NCBI RefSeq assembly: GCF_011386835.1
Contig: NC_088798.1
Coordinates: 12,400,001-12,464,000 of the forward strand
Origin: Chrysemys picta bellii
Taxonomy: Eukaryota
DNA: 64,000 nt
Direction of reading: 5' to 3'
The notes under the pieces are model-generated. The model did not search any database and was not told the origin of the DNA. It saw nothing but the letters and a program-made list of their open reading frames with translations. The translations under genes were made by a program, and so were the position numbers. Positions 47,201-57,749 of the stretch are shown here, in pieces (the first letter of the stretch is position 1; every line of letters begins with the position of its first letter).

Positions 47201-47451
47201 TACTCTTGTTCTTGGGAAGTGAAGTGAAAGTAATTTAAATAGGTTTTTCTCTTTCTCCGTATTAGCAAGAGCCTGATGTGGGTGAGCAGACCAGCTACTA
47301 TGTTTATGGTGTGAAGCCAGACACCGTGTACATCCTGGCGGTCCGCTGCAAGAACTCGGACGGGAAAGGCTTTTGGAGTGACTGGAGCACCCCGGTTCTA
47401 GTCAATTCTGGCCAAGCCACAGCAAAACCAGGACAATCTGAAGCACAGTGA
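38218..47451 (+). CDS. Secreted class I cytokine receptor-like protein (CRLF1/PRLR-related sequence, EBI3-like architecture), 231 aa
   Basis: join(38218-38296, 40144-40264, 41049-41209, 45204-45352, 47266-47451), 696 nt open, all GT-AG, intron phases 1-2-1-0. Signal peptide, CX9CXW, second Cys pair, EPP hinge and WSDWS are present, followed by a stop and poly(A) signals. Confidence 0.93.
39854..39988. mobile_element. Penelope family A inverted fragment with 12-bp direct flanks
   Basis: aaaaagcaacagagg...cctctgttgcttttt palindromic arms. taagattattgt occurs at 39842-39853 and 39989-40000. Confidence 0.8.
40144..40264 (+). CDS. Novel gene exon D1a (ASSSLHLRCIVLYPKCMSCHWTPPDGAASNTTFHLRYKM-R)
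   Basis: Acceptor ttgcaatctctag, donor GAG|gtaaat, CX9CXW motif, phase 1 in and phase 2 out. Confidence 0.92.
41049..41209 (+). CDS. Novel gene exon D1b (GVIEAEECKDYITSGPNSCYFSRTNLCLYLTYEIWVEAGNQMSEKLIVNTEDI-A)
   Basis: Acceptor tcacttggtttag, donor TTG|gtgtgt. ECKDYITSGPNSCYF is PRLR-like and YEIWVEA is CRLF1-like. Phase 2 in, phase 1 out. Confidence 0.95.
41636..41878. mobile_element. Decayed Harbinger-like MITE
   Basis: Termini ggccttgtcttcact ... actgtggacgctcgcc with internal symmetry. Confidence 0.5.
43255..43426. other. Assembly gap (172 N)
   Basis: Run of n. Confidence 1.
43427..43655. repeat. Compound (TC)n/(CA)n minisatellite, about 5 visible units ending in ...gtgtg..atag
   Basis: Direct reading. 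It abuts the gap and probably caused it. Confidence 0.9.
43674..43818 (+). mobile_element. CR1 3' UTR fragment
   Basis: Matches the 3' UTR of the CR1 at 11570-11746. Confidence 0.7.
44865..44947. repeat. Palindromic hairpin element (ggcccagatcctcaaagg ... ccttggaggatctggggcc), nested in related hairpin elements
   Basis: Self-complementary arms, same family as 61383-61480. Confidence 0.7.
45204..45352 (+). CDS. Novel gene exon D2a (KTEPPEGLKATGFGTHLSVEWGYPPGVAASYFPLVFELQYQEQGSGEWE)
   Basis: Strong acceptor cttctttttttatag, perfect donor GAG|gtgagt. EPP hinge and LSVEWxxPP FN3 strand. Phase 1 in, phase 0 out. Confidence 0.95.
45695..45894. mobile_element. 200-bp solo-LTR-like element with an internal antisense tRNA-like cassette
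   Basis: TGTAAC...GTTACA termini, 4-bp TSD CATA, minus-strand A/B-box-like sequence. Confidence 0.7.
46544..46630 (+). mobile_element. Penelope family A 3' fragment, decayed hammerhead core
   Basis: cagaagaagtgg...cccatgaaagcttatgcccaaataaatctgttagtctttaagatgccaccagactcc. Confidence 0.75.
46975..47140 (+). mobile_element. CORE-SINE (MIR-like) fragment
   Basis: cttgagacagtcactttgctgtgcctcagtttcc. Confidence 0.55.
47266..47451 (+). CDS. Novel gene terminal exon D2b (QEPDVGEQTSYYVYGVKPDTVYILAVRCKNSDGKGFWSDWSTPVLVNSGQATAKPGQSEAQ*)
   Basis: Acceptor ttttctctttctccgtattag, phase 0, WSXWS box, TGA at 47449-47451. Confidence 0.95.
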   Translation, partial: QEPDVGEQTSYYVYGVKPDTVYILAVRCKNSDGKGFWSDWSTPVLVNSGQATAKPGQSEAQ

Positions 47452-47623
47452 AACAGAAGATTCACCACACAAGGCAATGGTTCATCTAGCCCAGCATGCT
47501 GCCTCTGGAAGTGACCTACAGCCAGTGCTTTGTTAACAGCATCGCAATAGACAGGGCATGTGAATATCGGGTCCCAAGAGCAGATTTTTTTGGTGATTCA
47601 TTTTGTGAAAACTACTGCTTCTT

Positions 47624-47633
47624 ATTAAATAAA
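47624..47633 (+). terminator. Overlapping ATTAAA/AATAAA polyadenylation signals of the novel gene
   Basis: attaaataaa about 175 nt after the stop codon. Confidence 0.7.
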
Positions 47634-48534
47634 AGAAACCATAAAAGCTAAGGTACCATTTGTATTATTGTTAGCTAGCAGGAAGGCGCTAACACTCTGT
47701 CTGTGCTTGGTCTGTAAATGCTGAGGTATTTGTGTGAGCTCCAGTTCCCAGTCCCACTCCTAGCTGGGACCTCTTGACAAGCCAGAAAGCCTTACTGACA
47801 ATCACAGAGTCGCAGCTGGAGCTGGGAAAGGTATTCTTCACTTCCTGCAGCAACTCCCAGATTTCCTGTGATAAAGCGATCAGGGGCCAGGGGATGAAAC
47901 AGTTAAGGCTGATACATCAGGCAGCATCATTAAGTTTGAAAGTTAAAAACAACCTAAATGAGATTGAAGGTTGTGCTTTCAGAGCCATTGTTTTAGGCTG
48001 CCTGCAGGCTCAGGGATAATTCTCAGCAGTTACACGTGGCTCACATTTGGAAGATTATTATTATTATTATTAATTCTTCTTCTTCAGCCATGAAGGCTAG
48101 AAACTTACCACTTTTAAAAAAGAAAGCTGAGATTCTACAGAATCTAAATATACCGCGTAGGCCACATGAATATACCAAGTGGGCTCCGTGTTTGACGCCT
48201 CTGCTTAAGAGAGTGCTAAGGTATCATTCGTTTTTGTGACCGGGTTAGCTTGGAAACCTGGAATTTATAAACCATTCCTGGAGGAAGAGAGAATGTGTGA
48301 CTCATAGTTCGCAACTCTCCTGACATTGGCCTTTAAAATGTGAGGCAAACCCATCAAATACTAGGTGGAAGAACATAAAAGCATAATAAATTGCTACATT
48401 TATATAGCACCTACAAAGTAGAGACACATCCAATGCCATGCAGAGTCAGCCACCTTTGGAGCAGAGTGTGGTAGATGATGTGCACACAGAGATGGACAGT
48501 TTATTTTGGCCAAGCTAAACCTTTACTGTGCTTG

Positions 48535-48733
48535 TACTCACCCAGCAGCGGTCCAGGTCTTCGGCGGCATTTTGGCGGCGGGGGTCCCTTCAGTCATTCC
48601 GCGTCTTCGGCAGCACTAAAGGACCCGCCGCCGAAATGCCGCTGAAGACCCGGACCGCCGCCGGGCCAGGGCTGCCCCCTGCGGGGCCCAGGGCAAATTG
48701 CCCCACTTGCCCGCCCACTCTGGGCGGCCCTGC
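48535..48733. mobile_element. GC-rich hAT-like MITE, right half
   Basis: Ends gggcggccctg. Internal ggcggc/gccgcc symmetry like the element at 2282. Confidence 0.55.
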
Positions 48734-49744
48734 GTTTGGCTGCATAGAAGGGAACAATTGGCCCAACTGACAAGTTTCACTTCAGTGATGAAGAAGGCAG
48801 CAAGTGATTACTTTACCTACCAAGTGGTTCCATATTGCTAACCCTCAGATTGTCAACACACCGTCCATTCCAGTTATCCCTCTTAGCTCCAGTGCTCAGC
48901 CCAGAAAACCAAAAAAGTCACCATTACGGTGTCTCTAGAACATCTGAGAAAATGAATGAAACTGATTTGCTGTTAATTACTGGAAAATAAAATAAGAATG
49001 TCACATCTCAAACAATGAATTGAAAATTGTTGGCCAGCTACTATTAACTCAAAAATCCTTTATATCAGCAACATATCAGAGACATTACAGTTAGTGAACA
49101 GCATAAATCTGAAGATTTATTTTTCAAAAACCAACCCCCCTAGCCTTCAATAATATCCTTTAATTCTTCATTTTATATTACAGTGGAAATAAGGATACAA
49201 AGGCCTTTATTAACTCATCTCTGAAATATTCAGATCCTTTTAGTGCTGTAACACCTTTCAGAAAGTGAATCTTTCAGAAAGTCATAAGGTAGGTGAAAAC
49301 AGAGTCATAACTGAAACAGGTTTGTAACCTTAACTGTAACATTTACTACCGTGTAACTATGACAACATCATAGTGTGGTCGCATGCCAGGGAAGGAAAAC
49401 AAGAAATACCAAGAAGAGCTGCAGCGTAAGATTTTAAAAAGAAGACTCTTTCTGTATGGGGTAGAGTTAGGGCTAGCTTTTAGATAGCTTAGTTTAGACT
49501 GAAGTATTTAAGTGTCCACAACCCACAAATGAGGCCAAACTTTTGGAAATGTTCAGTTCCCATTTAGGCACCCAGGCCAGAGGTGGGTCATTAATGTGCT
49601 AGGATCATTTGAAAATGTAGCCCATACTGTATAACTAATTGCTTTAGTTTAACAAGGTGCATCATTCCCCTTTGTTATCTCCACCACTAGTATTTTTGAA
49701 ACCACGAAGGTATGTGCATGCAGTTCTGAGTTAATATTTGTATC

Positions 49745-49960
49745 GAACCAACTTCTGCTGGTGGAAGAGACAAGTTTTGGAGCTGCACAGAGCTCTTCTG
49801 CAGGTCTGGAGAAGGTAACCGGAGCGTAACAACTAAATACAAAGTGAAACACACTGCTAAGCATAAGGAGCTAAACATGTTATAAGAAATCACTTAAAAT
49901 GAAGAGGGTAGTTAACACCTCTGCAGTCACTGGACAAAAAAGGGTTAGCAGGACTGCAAA
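49745..49960 (-). mobile_element. Penelope family B remnant
   Basis: ccaacttctgctggtgg..agagacaag...cacagagctcttctgcaggtctggagaaggtaa and downstream sequence. Confidence 0.55.
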
Positions 49961-50213
49961 CAACACATATTATAGAGTCAGAAATGGTAGTACCTGCAGT
50001 CTGTACACAGAAGCCGATCCAGTTACATCCTGTCTGTTTGGTGTTCCTGGAAGAGCTCCAAGATGGCCACTGATGAGTCATCTGAGCCTCCAGGTTCTGA
50101 ATTCTCTTGTTAAAGTTACAGCGTAATCATTCATTTCCCCGAGGCGTCATGGACCAACGTCATCCCTGGAGAGTAACTCTATTGACATCAACAGTTACAT
50201 CAGGGATAAGTTA

Positions 50214-50477
50214 GGCTACGTACACATTACAGCTAACGTCCGGATAAGTTTTGTCGTTCAGGGATGTGAATGAGCCACCCCCCGGGCGACGTAAGTTACA
50301 GCAACCTAAGTGCCGGTGTGGATAGAGTCTCCCGCTGGCATAGTTATCACGACTTGTGGGGGCTGGAGTAAGTCAGTCGACGGGAGAGCTCTCCCCCATC
50401 AGTTTAGAGCATCTGTACTAGCAGCGCTACAACAGCACATCTGCGCCGCTGTAAGCTCGGTAGTATAGCCATAGCCC
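50214..50477. mobile_element. PIF/Harbinger-like MITE, same family as 31237 in opposite orientation
   Basis: ggctacgtacacatt ... agtatagccatagccc, with shared internal motifs (gggagagctctccc). Confidence 0.7.
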
Positions 50478-51099
50478 ACGTCTCCACTGGGTTGGGTACT
50501 GCTGGCTGGGCAGTAACACAAGGAAACTGCATAGTTGTAAAACTAAACTGGCTCTTTATTAAGAGAATTATTTACAGAGATGCGGCAACTGCCACTAGCA
50601 TTCGAGCTGTGTGCACGCAGTCTGACTTCCTGGGGCCTCTTCCAAACTCCTCCCTCCAAGTTCCACGCAGGGTGCGACAGTCACCACTTTTGTCCTCCCC
50701 TTCGCACCTCGGTGAAAGCACTAATCCACGACTCCAGGCCACATTGTTCAGAATTAGCCACTGATTCTGGGGACCTTCATTTTGGGGTGTCCTACATGAG
50801 AGAGCTTGAGCCACAAGTGAACAGCACCAACAGCTCCACCAGAAGCCAGGCCCAGAGACTGCAAATGGGGCAGTAAAATTCTGAGCCACCCTGTCCACCG
50901 TGCTCCTCCTGTCATCATACACCTGCAGGATATTTTTATGGCTGTATAAGCAACATCCTTACACTCACATAGTTAGAATGCATTCCCTTGCTTAGCACAA
51001 TCACATAATGTGTATTACCCCACCCAGGTCTTTCCCCATTGTCCTTGAGTAGGTTTGTAAGCAGACAGATGACAGATAGACTGCATCTAATCTAATGGA

Positions 51100-51315
51100 A
51101 GCAATAGAGAGTTGTGGCACCTTTAAGACTAACAGATGTATTGGAGCATAAGCTTTCGTGGGTGAATACCCACTTCGTCAGACTTTGTTGCGTCTGACGA
51201 AGTGGGCATTCACCCACGAAAGCTTATGCTCCAATACATCTGTTAGTCTTAAAGGTGCCACAGGACTCTCTATTGCTTTTTACAGATCCAGACTAGCACG
51301 GCTACCCCGCTGATA
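51100..51315. mobile_element. Penelope family A inverted-repeat insertion with 13-bp TSD
   Basis: Near-perfect arms of about 84 bp around tttgttgc. ctaatctaatgga occurs at 51087-51099 and 51316-51328. Confidence 0.88.
51190..51229 (+). ncRNA. Minimal type I hammerhead ribozyme motif (dimer type)
   Basis: GCGU CUGACGA A GUGGG-CAUUCA-CCCAC GAA AGCU U AUGC: core, helix II, palindromic AGCU helix III and a 4-bp helix I are all present. Confidence 0.65.
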
Positions 51316-51534
51316 CTAATCTAATGGAGAAGCCTTTACCTTCTACGTAGACGAATGAGCTCATTGGCACTAAGCAAAATGACATGATGGGAAGTGGCAT
51401 TCAGCTCAGAAGAAGACCACCATCAATAAATAAATAGTAACAGTAACAACAATAATACCATGTGTGTCCATAATGCCTTTCATTGGATAATTTGAAAGTG
51501 CTTGGCAAATATCAATGAATTGAACCTCTCTGAA

Positions 51535-51665
51535 TCCCTGTGAGGTAAATAAGTATCATTATCTCCATTTTACAGATGGGCAAACTGAGATGCAGAGAAG
51601 TGAAGTGACCTGCTCAAGTTTACAGACATACAGACAAACTCTATGCCTTAACCACTAGACCATGC
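51535..51665 (-). mobile_element. CORE-SINE (MIR-like) fragment
   Basis: ccattttacagatgggcaaactgag...gtgacctgctcaag. Confidence 0.65.
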
Positions 51666-52699
51666 TTCCTCTCTGAAAGCAAGTTTGACGAGACTCAGGC
51701 ACATTTCTCTTAGTAACCGCACAGTATCAAATGCCACATTCCAAGACTGTCTGCCACAGTCTGGCATATCAGACGACAGAGACAGAGAATTAATGTTATG
51801 GCATGGTGGGGTAATTGACACCACACTAACTGTGCACTTCCCTCCCCTCCCCCTTTTTTTTACATCCTTTTGGTAAAGACAAAAACAAAACAGTGTTAAA
51901 AAATAAGAAACACCTTTGAACTAGAAAAGATTCAAAAAACACTTTAATTTGTTAAGTTTATTTTTTTCAGTTTTTGGGTGCAATTTTCCCAGGTTGTCAG
52001 CAATTACACCAAGGAAACAGCTTGTACAGTCGTCTAGTCAATTTCTCACATGAGTGTCTATGGAGCTTCAGGACGACAATATAAGCACAGTTTCAGAGAA
52101 ATGAAGTGCAGCTCAGTGCTGATATTAGTGTGCTGAGTTTGCTACGGTTCTCTGAGCTTAGGAATACTCTTGAATACTTAATACAGCTCTGTAAACTATA
52201 TAGACATTTATTAGCCCCTTTTGGCATCCCTGAATTTCAGGTTGAGTGTAAGCTGGTGATCTTTGCTATGAATATTTTAAGGTTAACAAGGGTCTAAGGA
52301 GATTTTTTACATGATCAGCTAGGAAGACATCAACAGAGCTCTCTGTGGAACTTTCATTATTATAGTAAACTGGCTAGTTTATATGTGTACCACTGCCCTC
52401 TGCTGGATGGACTCAGAACTGCTCTACTATGTGTCATAGGCCCCATGCTGATTGCAAGTAAAGGAGATTTGCCTTTAGCTCCTGTAAATTGGATCTGTGC
52501 TTTGAGAATGGTGATCACAATTTTTATACGTGCTTCTTGTCTGAAGTTCTGAGTAGCCATGGTGTGTAGCACAGTGACAACCAGGAAGCCCTAGGCGACC
52601 ACAGTGTGGTACATTCATACCGATTGATAAATTTAGCATCTTATATCACTATATTTTCAAAGCACTGTATGAACATGCCAGTGCTAATGAAGCTTCACA

Positions 52700-52830
52700 T
52701 CACCATTGTGAGGGTGGCACGCAGTAAACTACTATTTTCAATTTACAGATGTAGGGGCTAAGCGACTTGTCCAAGGCCAGGGGCAGAGGCAGGATTAGAA
52801 TGGAGGGGTCCTGGAATCCCAGTTTTGAAT
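52700..52830 (-). mobile_element. CORE-SINE (MIR-like) fragment
   Basis: tttacagatgtaggggctaagcgacttgtccaaggcc...attagaa. Confidence 0.5.
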
Positions 52831-52877
52831 GCTGGAGACATGGGGGCTGGATTGCTTGGAGACTGGTAATGGAACAT

Positions 52878-53205
52878 AGAGTTATAAAATCATAGAAATG
52901 TAGAGCTGGAAGGTCCTCAAGAGGTCCATCCCCGGCACTGAGACAGGGCAAAGTACACCTAGACCATCCCTGACAGGTGTTTGTCCAACTTGTTCTTAGA
53001 AACCCCCATAGCCTCTCTCCTCGAAAGCCAATTCCAAAGCTTAACTATCCTTATAGTTAGACATTTTCCCCCTAATATCTAACCTAAATCACTCTTACTG
53101 TAGATTAAGCCCATTACTGCTTGTCCTACCTTCAGTGAAGGAGAACAACCGATCACCAACTTCCTTATAACAGCCCTTAACAGGTTTGAAGACTCTCATC
53201 AAGTC
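52878..53205 (-). mobile_element. CR1 LINE 3' fragment
   Basis: catagaaatgtagagctggaagg tail and ORF2 end, related to 62037-62350. Confidence 0.8.
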
Positions 53206-56200
53206 CATAGTAATGGAAAGTTGTCAGGAGTCTGGTTCAGTGCCTTTGTGAAATGGCTTAGTGCTCTCAATCCCGTTAGCTTGTGAAGTGCTTTTAGGAT
53301 AAAAGATGCTGTCTCGGGGCTTCGTCCATTGAAGTCTTTCCATTGACTTCAATGGGCGTTGAGTCAGGCTCTAGAAATATACTATTCTGAAAACACACCC
53401 TCTAAAGACAAATGTGTAAATGCACAATAACAAACAAAGGACCAAAAAAACCTACGATCCATTTCCCCAAAGTAAAGGAGATTTCATAATATCTCAATAT
53501 TTCTAGGAGTCGTTTTTTTCCTTTTCAGAACCAATGGTAGCAATTTTCCATCCTTGCTGACCTGGGCCAGAGCAGTCTAGCAGTTCAGAGCTGAGTGGAT
53601 CAATCCATGGTTATCAGTGGTTCCCACGCTGTGGCCTGTCTCCCAAGACCTAGTGCTGATGGTCCACTGAGAACTGGCTGGGCACGTGGTGCTGGCTCTC
53701 CTTTTGGTTTCCATTTGCTTCCATTAGTGTCCAGATTGCAAAGAAGAGCTGGAGTAGCTGGAAACAAGGTGGAGGAGCCAACCTAGTGGGGGAAAGTGGA
53801 TGAGGAAACAGGATTTGCCCTCAAAGGCTACAGCCAGCAGTGAGACTGCAGCTGCCAGCCAGAAACAGGAGAGGAATGTCCAGGGGAGTGGAGGAGAAAT
53901 CTGGCAACAATCAGGCAGCAGAAAAGCACAAATAGAGGGAGAGGAGGACAGAACCAATGGGAAGGAGGATGACATGCATAACCAAAGTGGGCAGTGTGAT
54001 TAATATTAAAAGTACATGAATACGAACTTTCCCAACGAAGCAATTTCTGGGAGGAGGAGTGGCCCACTCAACAGTGAATGACAGAGGAAGTGTCCATAAG
54101 ATGATCTGTCTATTAAGGTCTGAGCCAGCCTCTGATAAAGTTTGAGATCCCTGGTTCTCTGTCTTACTCCCAGTCCCCTGAGTCCAGCAATCTTGTCTCT
54201 CTGGAGAGGAAAAGGATGGAGGGAAGTAAAACTCATTATCAGTAAATCCCTGCCAAAGGTGTGCAGCATTTAATAACAGTCCACTTGGTATAGGCCATGC
54301 AATCTTGGCACGGCGATTTAATTTTCTGAGCTCTAATTTGATACCTACATTTGAAAGTAAGCTAAAGGGATGGGAGGGAAAAATCAATCCCCTGCCTGTT
54401 AGCTGAAATATCCTTGCCCTGCAGTTTCACTGGGCTCTTCCTAAGGTGGCTAAAAGCAATAATTGTCTACATGGGATTCAAACACTGAAAAACCACACTT
54501 TGGAGCTGCACTGAAATTGGAGCTCTCAGTAAGTGAGGGCTTTCCTGTTCCATTACGACAAATGAAGCTGAGCTGGGAGGGAATGCAATTCTGCTGCGCA
54601 TTAGCAGAAGATCCATTTGAGCCACTTTTACATGAGAAATGACCCCGATTTCAAAGAATTAACTGAAAATAGATCTAAACTGAAACTAGATCTTCTCTCC
54701 CTTTGTCACACTTTGCAATCCCTCTCTTCCTGGATTATCCTTTTTGATTTCAATCCAACTAGTTTGTTTAACTCAGTACAGCATTTCGGATGCTGTTTGC
54801 CATGAAAGGAACTGTGAGCATCTTGGACGGTGTTGCTGAGAGTTTTCCTAGCCCTCATTGGTGGTTAGCTTTCATTTCTCTCAGAGGTTTTGATTAGTTT
54901 CTCAAGCCCTTTTCAGAGTCCTTACTACATCTTCACTCTGCAGGCTCAAGGCTGGAAATGTTTCCTGAAGAAAAAAATGGTGCCGCTTTGCATCATGGCT
55001 CACATCCACCATCCATGTGATGGTGGTGCTGCACATAACTAATCAGTAACTGGAGTGTCTGCAGGACGGGTCCTCCTCACAGCTAGATTATTCATTCGGA
55101 TCTGGATCCGTTCCTCGAGCTGTCCCTAGGATGAAAATAGATTTTGTATTGATGTTAACTTGCAAAAAGGTACTATCTCCTCCATCTTGTTATTCTTCAT
55201 GCTTCTCTCCATCGCTTTCCATTGGCGCCCTCTAGAGCTCACAAATATGTATTGCATCTTTTCACACCTGCTCTATTGCCTTGGCAACAGCTATAACAGA
55301 CATGAAGGTCCCTTTATACCTCTCTGGCAGCATAAAATCAGGCATAATCATCCCTCTGAGAATATTCATCCCACAGAAGGCCTATCCAGAGGGAGTAGAA
55401 CTAGTGTAAGGGTGTTGCAAACTGGTACAGAGGCAGATTGGGAGCATGCCAAAGGTGTGGCCAGAGTGCACTAACTCTGTGATTCTCTGCTTCCCAGGGG
55501 TCATATTCTAAGGGGGCCATGGGAAGCACCATGAACTTTAAAGCAGCCTTGAGGCTACCCTAACTTACACTGAGGGTGGCATGGACCTGCACAGCCCCTG
55601 AGGGGTATGCAAAGATACCTTAAAGCTATTTCCCCTCACTGCTCCCTCAGTATCTGCACCAAGCCAGGAATGGGATAACTGAGGGTCAGACCCAATAGAT
55701 TTGCCAAGGCAAGATCCCGAGGATGCAGTGGGACTAGTTTACTTTTGATTAGCTACTACCGCAGCAGATATTTCCAGCTCTGTAGAGAACCCCCATCACA
55801 GCCATTGTCAGAACAGTCTGAAAGCAGGGGTTGTGATTTTTGAGAATCGTCGTTTTTGGAGGTTGTTGCTAAAGACATATGAGCTCAAAGCCTGAACTAG
55901 GTGGAAGGGTTCTCCGTGTTCTACCTGACCGGGAGGAAGGACTTGCAGCTAGTCAGGGAGTGGAGCAGGGTATTGGGGATCACCCATGCCAGGGTATCTG
56001 TAGAGCTCCTGGGATGCCATTGAGAGGCTAACTCAATTTTGTTCTGCTGTACAAGGTCTGTGAAGAAACTGAGGGATTGCAGTCTCCAGGGCTTTCAATC
56101 CAGCACCTTTCACCAGTCCTAAATCCATTCCTAAGAATAAGCCGTTTACAAATATCGCAGACAAACGGCCAGGCTTTATTGTAATTATTTGAGTTACGCA

Positions 56201-57749
56201 AACACTAACTGCAGTACAGAGTCCTGTTGAGATTGGAAAGGTCAGTTGGATACAGGAGCACTGGCCTCCACCAGTCAGACACGGTTTGCAAAGCTACAAT
56301 AAAGCCATTGTCCAGGCCTCGTTGTCAAACATCGCTCTTTGTTAAAGCCATCAGCACATGATTTATAACGTTACCTTTAGATGAGTTATTTACCCTGATC
56401 CAAGCAAGGCCTCGCTGTGTGTGTGGTAATGCAAGCTGGGGCCCTGGCCAAGCCCTGAGCCTGGTGTTGCTCTAGCTTGTGCTGGCTGTCAGCAGCGGGG
56501 GAGCAGCGGGGCATAGTGATGCCCAGACCACGTCTCCTCTCACCCAGCCATGATTCTGCCACTTGCCATAAGGAGGGGCTGGTGTAGAAGCCCTTGCACC
56601 AGCTGTGCTTCCCTGAGAGGTACCCCTACAATGGGGTGATCCTTCTGTGGCCATCTACCCTGACTTCAGGGCCTCTGAGGTTGACAGTGTGGTTCAGATC
56701 TGCCCCAGAGCAGCCCAACCGTTGGACCACTGACTCCATCCACCCCTTTATTCCATTAGACATTTGTGCCCCAAGAAGATGGCTTAGATGGCGCAAGCAT
56801 CAGGCCTGACATCCACAGGTTTTCTAGAATTACAGGTTCATACCCTGGCAGAATCACATCCACTCCTGATGTTACTAGGCAAGTGTGGATCATTTGGCAG
56901 TGCATTTAAAAATTACATGGATATTAAAGACCCCATGGCACTTATTTTTGTGAGACTAGGGGGTCTGACTTGATGCCATTGACTCAAATCACTAGTGTGC
57001 TGTGAGCCAGTTGGCTGTCACTTGCCACCCCAGGTGGTTGCATTTCAGTGAAGCAATTCCCGTCCGACGCCATCAAGCAGTGTGGTTTAGTAGGCTGGGC
57101 TCCGGAAGGAATAGCCAGTGCTGACTCTGCCACGGGCTTGCTGGGTGGCCCAAATTTTCAAACATGGCCACTCTTTTTTGGGGTTTCCCAAGTTTTGGAT
57201 GCTCAACCTGTGAGACAGATGGTGAGACCTGGTTTTCAGAGATTCTGAGCAGTGCTGATTGATCTTGGTTGGAGTTTATGGGATCTCAGCACTTCCAAAT
57301 CTTTCAGATGTCTCCATTTGGGCACTCAAACACACAGCCCCCCACATAATCAGTGTCCGCTTTTGAAAATGGCCTTAATCTCACTCGGTGACTCAGTTTC
57401 CCTATTTCTAAAATGTGGAGAACACTGGTTTACCTATCTGAGACAGGTGCCGTGAGGTAAATGTCTGTAATAGGCTAACACATGCTGTACTATCATGTGT
57501 ATAGTTATATGGCTCTCAGGGTGCCTTCATGAGAGAAGCTATATAAATGTAGGATGACATTACTACCATTAGGCTACTAATTAAGGGTGATGAGGTGAAT
57601 TACTGTCAATTAGTCTGACGACATCACAGTGGTATAAAGCTTTTTACAGGTTAGGAAATCAAGGTCCATAGTTATTAGAGAAAAGGCGGTTTAACAGAGG
57701 ACCTGAGTGAGGTGTGCAAAATGCTGAAGGACAGTGAGAAAATGGATGC

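Noticed and set aside
17860-49810. Other hammerhead-like cores (about 17868, 20925, 35781 minus, 39920 minus, 46544, 49806 minus)
   Set aside because: Each has substitutions or deletions in CUGANGA, GAAA or helix II, so they are probably inactive.
53724-54387. Minus-strand hydrophobic ORFs with a good acceptor near 54202 as the CDCP2 3' end
   Set aside because: No frame resembles the CDCP2 CUB domains or its C-terminal TM as I recall them. CDCP2 probably lies beyond the right edge.
55160-55474. Hydrophobic stretch GTISSILLFFMLLSIAFHW as a TM exon of the new receptor
   Set aside because: Poor acceptor, no compatible phase-1 donor in the WSDWS exon, no basic stop-transfer residues or Box1, and it lies beyond the poly(A) signals.
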